A DNA stretch of 64,000 nt, taken from the NCBI GenBank assembly GCA_964291215.2, contig OZ219790.1, forward strand, positions 1,856,001 to 1,920,000. The letters are read 5' to 3'. This document shows positions 1 through 9,807 of the stretch, in pieces (the stretch's first letter is position 1; every line of letters starts with the position of its first letter). The notes below the pieces were generated by a model. That model saw nothing but the letters and a program-made list of their open reading frames with translations. It had not been told where the DNA came from and did no database searches. The DNA is from Alphaproteobacteria bacterium (lineage in GTDB: Bacteria; Pseudomonadota; Alphaproteobacteria; MPNO01; UBA830). The translations under genes and the position numbers were made by a program.

Positions 1-491
1 GTCCTTCCTCAAGGAATGGAACGCAGAACGTCACGTGGTGGAGTAAAGACGCTCTTCCGGGTTCCTCTTCGCTACCTGCCGCCTGTGACCCCCGCTTCTG
101 CGCGCGGCGCGGGCCAACCGCATTGCCCTTCCCTCCAACAACTCCGCAGGCTCCGAAGAACCCTTGTTCGCCGCCTTCAGCGGTACTATGGCCGAATCTG
201 ACTTCTCGTTCATCATCGGTTTACGGAATTTCCTCTGCGGCCCCTCCACGACAGAGGGGCAAGACCTCCCAGGTCCCTGCTTCGGCCATGGTTCTCGGAC
301 CCCGCGGAGCCCCCCTCACCAACGCGGCTCGTTGCCTTCGGCCACGACCTCGGCACTCCGGTTTCAAAGCATCTCGTGGCTCAATAGCCTGCCGCTCCCC
401 AACGCTTCGCCTCACGACGCATGGTTCACGGAGAAATTAGCCTCTCTCGGGACTTGCACCCGGCCACATTCCACCAGTTTGCCTGGCGCAC
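1..491 (-). mobile_element. Group II intron, 5' part (domains I-III and decayed start of the RT/maturase ORF); continues beyond window start
   Basis: Minus strand begins GTGCGCCAGGCAAACTGG at 491. It contains the typical CCGATGATGAACGAGAAGTCAGATTCGGCCATAGTACC..GAAGGCGGCGAACAA..GGAGGGAAGGG segment and a broken intron-encoded-protein start (RQVAKRNPEER..LHHVT..FHSLRKD). It interrupts an IS66 copy at 491/492. Confidence 0.85.
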
Positions 492-724
492 CCGACGTCA
501 GCTTCACCAACAATGCCGGAGAACAGAAGATCAGGATGGCAAAGCTCAAGGTGTCCGGATGCTTCCGCTCCACGCAAAAGCATGGTGCCAAGCTACCTCA
601 CCTCCATGGCGGCACTCGGCTACAACCCACTCGTCGCCACCCAGATCGCCCTCGACGGAAAAGCCGCAGACATCATCAACGAGCACTACGACCAATCAGA
701 ACCCAACTAGGGGTGAGTAGATAC
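492..724 (+). mobile_element. IS66-family element (methyltransferase-carrying type), copy 1, right end only
   Basis: Near-identical to the 3' ends of copies 2-5; ends GGGGTGAGTAGATAC; transposase motif FTNNAGEQKIRMAK. Confidence 0.9.
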
Positions 725-726
725 AA

Positions 727-963
727 TTGCTGATGCCTTTCTCACGCAATTTGATGGACCGTTGCTTGCGGGATGCGCGCACAGCCGGGGCGGTGCGCAG
801 CGAACTTGAAGCAGCTCGCCTTCCGATGGGCCCGTACGAACTGCTGATTGCCGGGCAGGCCCGCACCCGAAATTTGGCACTGGTCACCGCCAACAGCCGG
901 GAGTTTGAACGCATCGAGGGCCTCATTTGCGAAGACCGGACGCTTTCTGCTGCAGGCCCGTAA
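727..963 (+). pseudogene. vapC: VapC/PIN toxin, C-terminal half, cut by IS66 copy 1
   Basis: PMGPYELLIAGQARTRNLALVTANSREFERIEGL is the classic VapC C-terminus; it starts right after the IS end. Confidence 0.75.
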
Positions 964-1167
964 CTCCACTGCCGGCACGACGGGACAGTAGCAGCCGACA
1001 ACCTCTCCCCGTTCGGTCTCCGTCTTTCGGCGCCGCAACCCAGTAGCAATCGCAATTGACAGTCGCCAACGGGCGCGTCCTGCCATCGCTCCGGGGCAGC
1101 GCAAGGCACTCTTTGGCACTGGCGGCGCTTATGGGGCGAGAGAGCCGGATGATCTTCCGCTATCTCT

Positions 1168-2115
1168 TCACGAGGCCGCCGTCCCGCCAGCGATGACGCG
1201 GCGATAGAGGGGCACGGCAACCAGGGGCAGGACATAGATTGGAAACTGTCCGACCACAAAATACACTAGGAGATCGTACGACGCGCTTTCGGAGACGGCC
1301 GCAAAAACCAGCGCGACATTCGTATTGCCGGTCATCAGCGCTACGGTGATTGCCGTTTTCCTCCCCATGCGCCAGAAGGCAGCAGCCGCGGCGACCTGAA
1401 GCGCGACGTTGGTGACGAAGGTTGCCGCCGTCGTGATCGACGTGTGGACGGGGTTCGCGGCAGCATAATCCGGAAGACCCGACATCAGCGACACGGCAAC
1501 ACCGACCATGCCGATGACGAGGATGCCGTCGATCCGCGAGGCGTGCGCCTCGACCATTCTCCCGGTGACATCCAGGCTTCTCGCGATGGCGGCAATGACG
1601 AAGCTCGCGGCGACGATCCGCCCGAGCCGCCACATCAGCTCGACAACCGTCACGTCGAGCTCGATGCCAAGGAGCCACAGCGCAAGCGGCGGCAGCGTGA
1701 GAGGCACCAGCGCGTACGACGCCACCGTGACGATCAGCGCAAGCGCGGCATCCAGCCCGAACAGGATGCAGAGCGCCGGTGCCGACATGATCGGGGTGGT
1801 CAGGGCATGAAACACGATGCCGGCGCCGAACACCTCCGAAGGGCCGGCCGCCTCAACGAGCGCCCACAGGAGCAGCGGCGCCACGATCATCGAGAACAGG
1901 AACGCCGCCACTGCAACCCACGGCCTGCGGAGATAGGCGAACAGGCGCGCGGGCTCTATGCGCATCATCGACAACGACAGGTTCATGACGATCATCGCTT
2001 CGAGCCACGGCGCCAGCATCTGCGCGAGCGGCTGCCAGGCGATGCCCAGAAACACACCGCCCGCCAGGAACCAGGTCGCCCGGCGACCGATCATGTCGAG
2101 CGTGCTCAGAACCAT
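1168..2115 (-). CDS. Bile acid:sodium symporter (BASS/Acr3-like) family transporter
   Basis: 315 aa, about 9-10 hydrophobic segments, GNTN motif; paralog of the upstream gene. Confidence 0.75.
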   Translation of the reverse strand: MVLSTLDMIGRRATWFLAGGVFLGIAWQPLAQMLAPWLEAMIVMNLSLSMMRIEPARLFAYLRRPWVAVAAFLFSMIVAPLLLWALVEAAGPSEVFGAGIVFHALTTPIMSAPALCILFGLDAALALIVTVASYALVPLTLPPLALWLLGIELDVTVVELMWRLGRIVAASFVIAAIARSLDVTGRMVEAHASRIDGILVIGMVGVAVSLMSGLPDYAAANPVHTSITTAATFVTNVALQVAAAAAFWRMGRKTAITVALMTGNTNVALVFAAVSESASYDLLVYFVVGQFPIYVLPLVAVPLYRRVIAGGTAAS

Positions 2116-3059
2116 CAGACAGGTCCGCCGGCGGCAATGATGCGCCGGTACACCGGCAGTGCGAACACGGGCAGGAAATACATCGGCACCTGTCCGAGCA
2201 CGAAATACGCGATCAGCTCCGGCGAAGCCTTGTCCGCGAGCGTGACCATGATCAGCCCGAGATTGGTGTTGCCAGCCACTAGGCCGACGGTCAGCGCCTC
2301 ACGCCGACCGAGCCGCAGGAACGCCAGGGTGCCCAGCGCCTGGCAGCCGATATTGGCCGCAAACGCTGCCGCCAGCGTCAGCACCACGTAGTCCGTCCGC
2401 TCGAACGCGAAGTCCTGGAGGCCGGCCATGATGCCGACGCAGAACACCACCATGACAAGGGCGCCGATACCATCGATCGCTTGGGCATAGGCGACCCGCC
2501 GACGCTGGCCGAGAATCCACTTTCGTACGACAAAAGCGAGCGCTGTCGGAATTGCGATCATCGTGAACAGGCGCACCGAGAGCTCGAGGAACCCGACGCC
2601 AAGATCGAGCCCGACGAGCCAGAGCGAGAGAGCGGGAAGCGTGAGCGGTGTCACGGCGTAAGTCGCGATCATGACGGCAACCGCCAGCGCGGCATCGAGT
2701 TCAAGGATGATGGCGATCGCGATGGCCGAACTGATCATCGGCGCGGCGGCCATGAGTATCAGCCCCTGCTCGAGGCCCTCCGGCACACCCGCCGGCCGCA
2801 GAAACCCCCACATCAGGAGCGGTGCCGCAACCATGGTGACGACGACGACGACGGCCAGCATCGCGGGACGGCGGGCGTAGCCCTTCAGGCGCTCGACATC
2901 AAGCCGGATCATGGCGATGGTGAGAAGGCCAAGCATCGCGAAGACGATCCCCGGCCTGAAGAAATCAGCAGCCGTCGGCAGCGCAAAACCGATCACCAGC
3001 CCGCCGGCCATGAACCAGGCGGCACGGCGGGCGATGGACTCGAGGCCGCGGCGGATCAA
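2115..3059 (-). CDS. Bile acid:sodium symporter family transporter
   Basis: 314 aa polytopic membrane protein, GLILMAAAP and GNTNLG motifs; stop/start overlap with neighbours. Confidence 0.75.
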   Translation of the reverse strand: MIRRGLESIARRAAWFMAGGLVIGFALPTAADFFRPGIVFAMLGLLTIAMIRLDVERLKGYARRPAMLAVVVVVTMVAAPLLMWGFLRPAGVPEGLEQGLILMAAAPMISSAIAIAIILELDAALAVAVMIATYAVTPLTLPALSLWLVGLDLGVGFLELSVRLFTMIAIPTALAFVVRKWILGQRRRVAYAQAIDGIGALVMVVFCVGIMAGLQDFAFERTDYVVLTLAAAFAANIGCQALGTLAFLRLGRREALTVGLVAGNTNLGLIMVTLADKASPELIAYFVLGQVPMYFLPVFALPVYRRIIAAGGPV

Positions 3060-3538
3060 TACGGCGTCCCGTCAAAATGGCGGAATCTGCGGGTGCCGTC
3101 AGCCGATTTTTCCATCACCATGTCGGCATCGGGATAGTGCACGTCCTCTTCCGCAGAGCGGTTGCCGACCTCGAGATAGCGCACCGGCGATGCCGAGCGG
3201 TTCTCGAGCCGATGGCCGTTGCCGTCGCCAGCCGGGAAGCACGCGCACATTCCCGGGCCGAGGAGTTGCTCGCCGTCGTCGGTTACCAGTGTCGGGACGC
3301 CGGCAACGATGTAGATGAACTCGTCCTCCACAGTGTGCCAGTGGCGCAGCGCAGACACCGCGCCCGGCGCAAGCTCGGTGAGGTTCACGCCGAACTTGGT
3401 CAGGCCGCGAGCGTCGCCCAGCGCGCGCCTCGCACGGCCGTCCAGCACACGGTCATGGGGCGGCGGATAGGGGTTTCGCGCCTGCGCCTCGATCTCCATC
3501 GGATCGAAGGCCGGGCCGGCGCCGGAGTTCTTGCTCAT
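3056..3538 (-). CDS. Cupin domain protein
   Basis: FGVNLTELAPGAVSALRHWHTVEDEF and GNGHRLEN cupin motifs; start taken at MSKNSG. Confidence 0.85.
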   Translation of the reverse strand: MSKNSGAGPAFDPMEIEAQARNPYPPPHDRVLDGRARRALGDARGLTKFGVNLTELAPGAVSALRHWHTVEDEFIYIVAGVPTLVTDDGEQLLGPGMCACFPAGDGNGHRLENRSASPVRYLEVGNRSAEEDVHYPDADMVMEKSADGTRRFRHFDGTPY

Positions 3539-3590
3539 TGTCTCGCCTGTCTCGCGTTCTCGTTTGGCCACGGGCAGGCCAGAACCGGGT

Positions 3591-4406
3591 TCACACGCGC
3601 GCCGGCATCGCGTTCTTGTAGCGCAGCCAATACTCGTCGACGGCGGCAAGACTCTCGGGCGCCATCTCATATGCCGGAGGCGGATCCTCGATCCAGTTGC
3701 CGTTGCGGTCCTCACCGCGGAGGCGGATGCCGAGCGCGCCGTCAAAATGAACCTGCCTGACATCGGCCGACACCAGGTGAACCGCGAAACCGATGCGTGC
3801 GTAATCGGCGCGGTTCGGCTCGGAAGAATGAACCGTCATGTTGTGGTGAATCGACATCTGGCCGGGCTTGAGGGGCATTTCCGTCGCCGTCGACTCGTCG
3901 ATTTCATGTATCGTCTGGCCGCGCGCCAGCAAATTCTCGGCATCGTGGGTTTCATCGTGGGACAGGACCGTTCCAGCTGCGTGCGAACCGGGAATGAACC
4001 TCATGCAGCCGCTCACCGTGTCGGAGCGGGTGAACGCAATCCATGCGGTGATCGATTCCGGCGGCTCAAGACCGTAATAGGTCGTGTCCTGGTGCCATGA
4101 GACGAAACGCGGATCGTGCGCCTTCTTGGTGAAGAAGGACGACCCCCAGCACACGATGTCCGGGCCCAGGAGATCCTCAACCACATCCGCGAGGCGCGGA
4201 TGGCGGATCAGGTCCCAGAGCCACGGGAACGGCAGGTGAGCCTTGATGCGGAAGCGGTCCTGGACCTCGCCGTCGATCGAGTCTTCGAGCGCCCTGAAGC
4301 GCTTCGCGTATTCGCCGGCCTCCTCCGGAGTTAACAGGTCTATGGGCCAGATCGCGCCGTCGCGGCGCCAGCGTCCAACCTGTTCGTCAGTCAGTACGTT
4401 CGGCAT
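3591..4406 (-). CDS. Phytanoyl-CoA dioxygenase (PhyH) family Fe(II)/2OG dioxygenase
   Basis: WHQD, GCMRFIPGSH, VHSSEPN, and distal Arg motifs. Confidence 0.9.
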   Translation of the reverse strand: MPNVLTDEQVGRWRRDGAIWPIDLLTPEEAGEYAKRFRALEDSIDGEVQDRFRIKAHLPFPWLWDLIRHPRLADVVEDLLGPDIVCWGSSFFTKKAHDPRFVSWHQDTTYYGLEPPESITAWIAFTRSDTVSGCMRFIPGSHAAGTVLSHDETHDAENLLARGQTIHEIDESTATEMPLKPGQMSIHHNMTVHSSEPNRADYARIGFAVHLVSADVRQVHFDGALGIRLRGEDRNGNWIEDPPPAYEMAPESLAAVDEYWLRYKNAMPARV

Positions 4407-4407
4407 T

Positions 4408-5238
4408 CTAGCCTCCCTCGGCCCGGATCTCGGCCTTACCTATTCCGGATTTGTATTCGCCGTAGGTCGCGTCGAGCGCGGCCAGGCAAGCGGGGTCGAA
4501 ATCCTTGCGCGGCTCCGGATCCTCATGCCAGTGGCCGTGGGCGTCCGTGCCCCGGACCAGCGTCGCCGTCGCGTTCGCGAGCTTCGTCTGGCGAATGCGG
4601 GGCGCGATGTAGTGGATTGAAAGCCCGATCCGCGGTTCTGCAGCGCCGTTGGGTCCGGATCCGTGGATGACGGATTCGTGGTGGATCGAAAACTCGCCGG
4701 GCCGGAGCTCGACACCGATCGCCGCCGCCTCGTCGATACCGTGGATCGTCTGGCCGCGCATCAGCAGATTGTCCCCGTCATGGGTCTCGTCATGCTCCAG
4801 TATGCCGCTGCGATGAGTTCCGGGGATGAACTTCATGCAGCCGGAGCTGACGTTCGAATCCGTGAACGCATACCAGACCGTCGCAGTCTCCGGTTCCGAC
4901 AGGCCGTAATAGGTCGAATCCTGGTGCCAGGACACGAACCGGCGATCGTTGGCGCGCTTGGTGAAGAACGACGACCCCCAGCAGATGATGTCGGGGCCGA
5001 TCAGATCCTCGACGGCATCGAGGATGGCGGGGTTGCGGATGATGTCCCACATCCACGGAAACGGCAGATGCGCCTTGATCTTGTAGCGGCTCTGCGGTTC
5101 GGCGCCGGTCGCCTCCTCGAGCGCCCGGTAGCGCCGATAGTTGGCGGCGGCCTCCTCGGGACCGTGGGCGCGAAACGGAAACACGCACCCGTCCTCGCGG
5201 TAGGAGGCGATCTCGCGGTCGGAGAGCAGCTTTCCCAT
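4408..5238 (-). CDS. PhyH family Fe(II)/2OG dioxygenase
   Basis: WHQD, GCMKFIPGTH, IHGSGPN; start at MGKLLSD. Confidence 0.9.
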   Translation of the reverse strand: MGKLLSDREIASYREDGCVFPFRAHGPEEAAANYRRYRALEEATGAEPQSRYKIKAHLPFPWMWDIIRNPAILDAVEDLIGPDIICWGSSFFTKRANDRRFVSWHQDSTYYGLSEPETATVWYAFTDSNVSSGCMKFIPGTHRSGILEHDETHDGDNLLMRGQTIHGIDEAAAIGVELRPGEFSIHHESVIHGSGPNGAAEPRIGLSIHYIAPRIRQTKLANATATLVRGTDAHGHWHEDPEPRKDFDPACLAALDATYGEYKSGIGKAEIRAEGG

Positions 5239-5245
5239 GGCGGGC

Positions 5246-6091
5246 CTAGGCCGGCGGGCCGTTGCCGATAACCGTGGTGCGGCGCATGAGCCGGCGTTCG
5301 GTTCCCGGAAAATCGCGGCGAGCATGCATCGAGCAGCGATTGTCCCACAGCAGCAGATCGCCGACCGCCCATTCGTGCTCGTAGACGAACTCGGGGCGCT
5401 CCGCGTGGTCGAACACGGCCGCAAGCAGGGGGCCGGCCTCCTCCTGGTCCATGCCGACCACGCCCTCGGTCATGAGACGGTTGACATAGACCGCCTTGCG
5501 GCCGGTGTCGTCATGGGTGCGGAAGACCGGGTGTTCGGCCTCGGAGAATGCCGGCGTGCCCTCGTTGTCTCCCTTGCGCAGGGTTCCGTAATTGTAGTGG
5601 TGGAAGGCGAGCCTCCCCTCAAGCGGCTCGCGGATCTCGTCGGGCAGCGTCTCGTAGGCGGTATAGCCGTTCGCAAACAGCGTGTTGCCGCCATATGACG
5701 GAATCTCGACGGCATAGAGCAGTGTCGCCTTGTGCGGCTCCCGGGCGTGAATCATGTCGTGATGGAACATCATCTCGCCATCCGGCAGGTTGCCGATCGG
5801 CTGGCCGTTTTCGCGCACGTTGGATATCAGCATCATTCCCGGCGGCAGGTCATCGTGGCCGCTGGTGCGGTATTTCTTCGGCCGCGCAAGATCGCCGACC
5901 TCCCCGAACCATCCGGTCACCTCCACCTGGCGCTCCGGGGCAAGCTCCTGGCCGCGGAACAACAGGATCACGCTGTCCAGCCATATCCGGTTGATCTCGG
6001 CGGTCACCTCCGCATTCTGGTCCTGTCGGAGATCGATGTCGCAGATCTCCGCACCGATATTGGGCGCGAGCTTCCTGACCGTGAATGCCAT
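5246..6091 (-). CDS. TauD/TfdA family dioxygenase
   Basis: IGAEI, FHHD, GGNTLFAN, WDNRCSMHAR motifs. Confidence 0.9.
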   Translation of the reverse strand: MAFTVRKLAPNIGAEICDIDLRQDQNAEVTAEINRIWLDSVILLFRGQELAPERQVEVTGWFGEVGDLARPKKYRTSGHDDLPPGMMLISNVRENGQPIGNLPDGEMMFHHDMIHAREPHKATLLYAVEIPSYGGNTLFANGYTAYETLPDEIREPLEGRLAFHHYNYGTLRKGDNEGTPAFSEAEHPVFRTHDDTGRKAVYVNRLMTEGVVGMDQEEAGPLLAAVFDHAERPEFVYEHEWAVGDLLLWDNRCSMHARRDFPGTERRLMRRTTVIGNGPPA

Positions 6092-6113
6092 TCCCGTTCT
6101 CCCTCGGCCTCCG

Positions 6114-6953
6114 CTATTCGTGCAGCGCCTGGCCCTTTATGGCGCACCGCCGCAGCGTGCGGATCTCACCGGCCGGAAAGTCCGTCCGCGCATGGCACGA
6201 GGACCAGTTGTCCCACATGAGCAGGTCGCCGACCCGCCACCTGTGGCTGTAGATGAGACTGGAATTCGCGGTGAAGCGGAACAGCTCCGCAAGCAGTTCC
6301 CGGCTCTCCGCCTCGGCCATGTCCTCGATGCGGGCCGTTATCAGCGGGTTGACATAGAGCGCGCGGCGTCCGGTGAGCGGATGCGAGATCGTCACCGGCT
6401 GCACATGGTGCTTGTATTTCGCGATATCGCCGGCGATGTCGACCTGCTCGCGCATCGCGTAATCATAGATCTGCAGTGCGCGGCGGCCCCTGATCCGATC
6501 ACGGATTCCCTCCGGCAGGGCCTCGTAGGCGCGGTACATGTTGGCAAACAACGTGTCGCCCCCGGTCGAGGGCAGCTGCATCGCATAGAGAAAGGTGCCC
6601 CTTGACGGCGCCGGGTCGTAGCACATGTCGTGGTGGAACCACATCTCGCCGTCGGGGAGCGAACCGACATACCTGCCGTTCTTCTTGACGTTGGAGACCA
6701 TCATCACCGCATCGTTGTAATCGATGCCCTCGGGCCGCCGCTCAGGGGGACGCGAGCGCGCTGCTATCTCCCCGAAGCGCGATGCGAAGGCAATCTGCTG
6801 GTCTTCGGCGAGCTCCTGACCGCGAAACAGCAGCACGATGTGCTGTTCCCAAGCCCTGCCGATGGCAGCAACCGTTGCCTCATCCAGCGGACGGGACAGG
6901 TCAACCCCCCGAATCTCTGCTCCCAGCGCGTCTGAAAGAGGAACGACTTTCAT
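6114..6953 (-). CDS. TauD/TfdA family dioxygenase
   Basis: LGAEIRGVDL, WFHHD, GGDTLFANM, WDNWSSCHAR motifs. Confidence 0.9.
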   Translation of the reverse strand: MKVVPLSDALGAEIRGVDLSRPLDEATVAAIGRAWEQHIVLLFRGQELAEDQQIAFASRFGEIAARSRPPERRPEGIDYNDAVMMVSNVKKNGRYVGSLPDGEMWFHHDMCYDPAPSRGTFLYAMQLPSTGGDTLFANMYRAYEALPEGIRDRIRGRRALQIYDYAMREQVDIAGDIAKYKHHVQPVTISHPLTGRRALYVNPLITARIEDMAEAESRELLAELFRFTANSSLIYSHRWRVGDLLMWDNWSSCHARTDFPAGEIRTLRRCAIKGQALHE

Positions 6954-7145
6954 GCCCTCGTGGCCTTGTCTCCGGCCGCTCCGTGCCGGTGCTCCGCCCC
7001 TCCTCCGACGGGTCGGTGGATGGTCGGCAGCGCTATTGCTGTTCCGGAACAGGCCCTATAATGGTTCGCTCACCGGAGTATACAGCCAAGCGCGCGGCCG
7101 GAAAATCCCGGATTTCCGACAGAGCCGCGCCGCAACCCGCAGGCC

Positions 7146-7922
7146 ATGGCATCCGTAAGCACCCCGAAACTGCGCAACACGCTCAGGAAGCTCCGCGCGT
7201 CGATCGCTGAACCGGTCACGCCCGAAGACGCCGAGGCGATGGCCCAAGATCTGCTCGACTTCCTCGCGGTGCAGGCCGGGACCAAGCCCGTCCAGATGCT
7301 TGCCCGGGATTACGGCGGCGCCTACTGGAACACGGCAATCGTTGACATCGCCGAACGGTACGGCTTCACGATCATCGAGGGTCCGCAGTGGCGGATCGGT
7401 AGCTATGACCGGTTTCCGGACTGGCTCCACGAACATGTCTACGACACCCTGTCGAGGACCCATCACCGGTATATCTGTCGCGATCGCAGGACGGCGAGAG
7501 AAGTTTCGGAACTGTGCGGGTCCGACATTGCCACTATCGAGCAGGAGGCGCGGCTGCTCAACTATCCCCGGTGCTGCGTTGAGCGCCACCATGAGCGCTC
7601 GGTGCAGTATTTCGGGGTCTTTCTCGGCAACCTGCGACGACATGCCGGAGACGACAAAGCGGCCGCCAGGCTGCTCGCCGACGGTTACACGCTCACCGAC
7701 CCGACACCAGACGAGGTGAACGCATTAATGGAGTTGATCACGGTCGCCGCCGCGCCGTTCACGAGCTTTCATGCCTGTGAGGCCTGTCTGGCAAACGGGA
7801 CCGCGGCACCGGCGCAACTCAAGGTGAGGGAGGGGCTGCAGCTCGCTAGGGCCGTCGACGACAAACTCCTCGAAATTCTCTGCCCGCCCGACAGGCTCGA
7901 CGAGGTGCGGCGCAAACGCTGA
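7146..7922 (+). CDS. Hypothetical protein with YPxCC and CxxC motifs (DUF483-like)
   Basis: 258 aa ORF with AGG before the ATG; LLNYPRCCV and FHACEAC motifs. Confidence 0.6.
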   Translation: MASVSTPKLRNTLRKLRASIAEPVTPEDAEAMAQDLLDFLAVQAGTKPVQMLARDYGGAYWNTAIVDIAERYGFTIIEGPQWRIGSYDRFPDWLHEHVYDTLSRTHHRYICRDRRTAREVSELCGSDIATIEQEARLLNYPRCCVERHHERSVQYFGVFLGNLRRHAGDDKAAARLLADGYTLTDPTPDEVNALMELITVAAAPFTSFHACEACLANGTAAPAQLKVREGLQLARAVDDKLLEILCPPDRLDEVRRKR

Positions 7923-7954
7923 AGACCCTGCCGGCAGCACGCGCGCGGCGATTC

Positions 7955-8878
7955 CTAGGCAGCTTCCTTGGCCGTCTCCGGCGCAAGGCCGGCCCGCTTG
8001 AGTACGCCGTCGAGGCGCTGTTCCAGTTCCGGGGTGGCGGGGACCATGGGCAACCGGTGCTCGTTTTCCGGGATCGTTCCGAGCTTCTTCATCATGTACT
8101 TGATGGCTATCGGATTGGTGTCGTAGAACACCGCTTGGTTGATCTCGAACAGTTCGTAATGCAGCTTCCGCGCCTTCTTGAGATCGCCCGCCCATACCGC
8201 CTCGCACATCCGCACCAGTTTCTTCGGCTGAAGATTGCCGACCGCGTTCATCAGGCCGCAGGCCCCCACCGCCATCAGGGGATAGCTGAGGTCTTCAAGG
8301 CCGACGAAGATACGGAAGTCGGCGCCGAGCGCATCGAGGCATGTGGTGGCGAAGCCCAGATCGTCGACGGCATGCTTCATGCCGACGAAGTTCGGGCAGG
8401 CCGCCGAGACCTGCTGCAGCGTATCGAGCGTGACCGACACGGCGGCGCGCCCGGGGATGTGATAGATCATCCAGGGTAGCGCTGTCCGGCTGCCGAGCGC
8501 CTTGTAATACTCGACAAGACCGCGCTGTGGCGGGCGCGAATAGTAAGGCGTGACGATCAGCAGGGCGTCAGCGCCCGCCCTCTCGGCATGGGCGGTCAGC
8601 GCCTGGGTCTCGGCCAGTGACTGCGATCCCGTGGCAACAACCACCGGCAGGCGCCCGGAGCATGCCTCTATCGCGACATCGACGATGCGATTGCGCTCGT
8701 CCACTGTCAGCGAAGACGGCTCGGATGTGGTGCCGTTGACGAGAATGCCGTGCGAACTGCTGTCGACCTGGTATTCGACCAGCCCGGCATAGGCGTCGTA
8801 ATCGACATCGCCGTTCCTGAACGGCGTGATCAGGGGCGGAATCGACCCCCTGAGAAACTCTTTCGGCAATTTCATCAT
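7955..8878 (-). CDS. DapA-like class I aldolase, closest to the HpaI-type (2,4-dihydroxyhept-2-enedioate aldolase) group
   Basis: GSIPPLITPF; NGTTSE in place of GTTGE; VTPYY; Schiff-base Lys in GMKH. Confidence 0.75.
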   Translation of the reverse strand: MMKLPKEFLRGSIPPLITPFRNGDVDYDAYAGLVEYQVDSSSHGILVNGTTSEPSSLTVDERNRIVDVAIEACSGRLPVVVATGSQSLAETQALTAHAERAGADALLIVTPYYSRPPQRGLVEYYKALGSRTALPWMIYHIPGRAAVSVTLDTLQQVSAACPNFVGMKHAVDDLGFATTCLDALGADFRIFVGLEDLSYPLMAVGACGLMNAVGNLQPKKLVRMCEAVWAGDLKKARKLHYELFEINQAVFYDTNPIAIKYMMKKLGTIPENEHRLPMVPATPELEQRLDGVLKRAGLAPETAKEAA

Positions 8879-9139
8879 GGCGGCAGCCTCCTCGTCGGTA
8901 CTGCTGGAGAGCTCAAAGCGCTACGGGTCCCGCCCCGCATCGCAGCAAGCAGCGATCTTTACCGCGATCCATACGGTGCGTCCAGACTGGACGAAGTTCC
9001 GTGATCCGCAGACAGCTTGGCAGCTTGGTCGAATCCGGCCACGCGGAAAGGACGCAAGCCGGGCGCAGCAACCTGATGAACCGCAAGGCGTCGCGAACGC
9101 CTGGCGTCATGAAGGGATCTCACCCTTTCGCGCAGTCAC

Positions 9140-9807
9140 TCCTGGACCATGCTCGGATCGCTCGCCCCTGTACCCGACGGCCAACGGCAACGGATCCGAG
9201 ATGCTGGAATCCTCGCGCAGAAGGATCGCGCTGCGGCCCGTGCCGCAGTCTCCAAAGTCATCTCAGGTCGACACGCCGATGAGACCCTGAAAGTCGGCGG
9301 CGGCATCCAGCGCATCACGGAGCGCCGCGCAGCCGATGGAAAGCGTCTCTCCGTTGCGGACCGCAACCTGCTCAATGGCCGAAAGCAACAGCGTCGTGGC
9401 GTCATTGCCGTGCGCCCGATGGGCGGATGTTGGCGGCCCGCCGAAGGTGGCCTCCAACGCGGCCAACATCTTTGCGGCACTCCTGCCCGTCGCCTGATTG
9501 ATGTTCCCGCTCTCTCCCGGATCGGGGGCCGTGAAGTAGGGTCCTTCGCTCTCGGGCAGAGCAAGGAGTGCCCTCGTCAACGTGGCCGCGCCGCCGATCA
9601 CCTTGACGCCTTCGAGCGCCTTGAGCCTGGCCGCCTGGCTGATCAGGGACACGGTCTTTTTCGGAAAGAGCGAGAAGAACATGCCGCCGGGCTTGGCGGC
9701 AGCCAACCCGGCGAGAATTGCGGACATGTCGGTCTGGCCTTTCGCTATCCGGGCGATGACCGGAACGGCGCCACCAAACCTGCGAAACTCGCCAACAAAC
9801 GTTTCAG
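9140..9807 (-). pseudogene. Branched-chain amino acid ABC substrate-binding protein, C-terminal fragment
   Basis: AHGNDATTLLLSAIE..ALRDALDAAADFQGLIG resembles the LivJ-like C-terminus; truncated by IS256. Confidence 0.6.

Noticed and set aside
9073-9100. CTGATGA followed by a GCAA hairpin as a hammerhead ribozyme
   Set aside because: No GAAA core after stem II and no closing stems found
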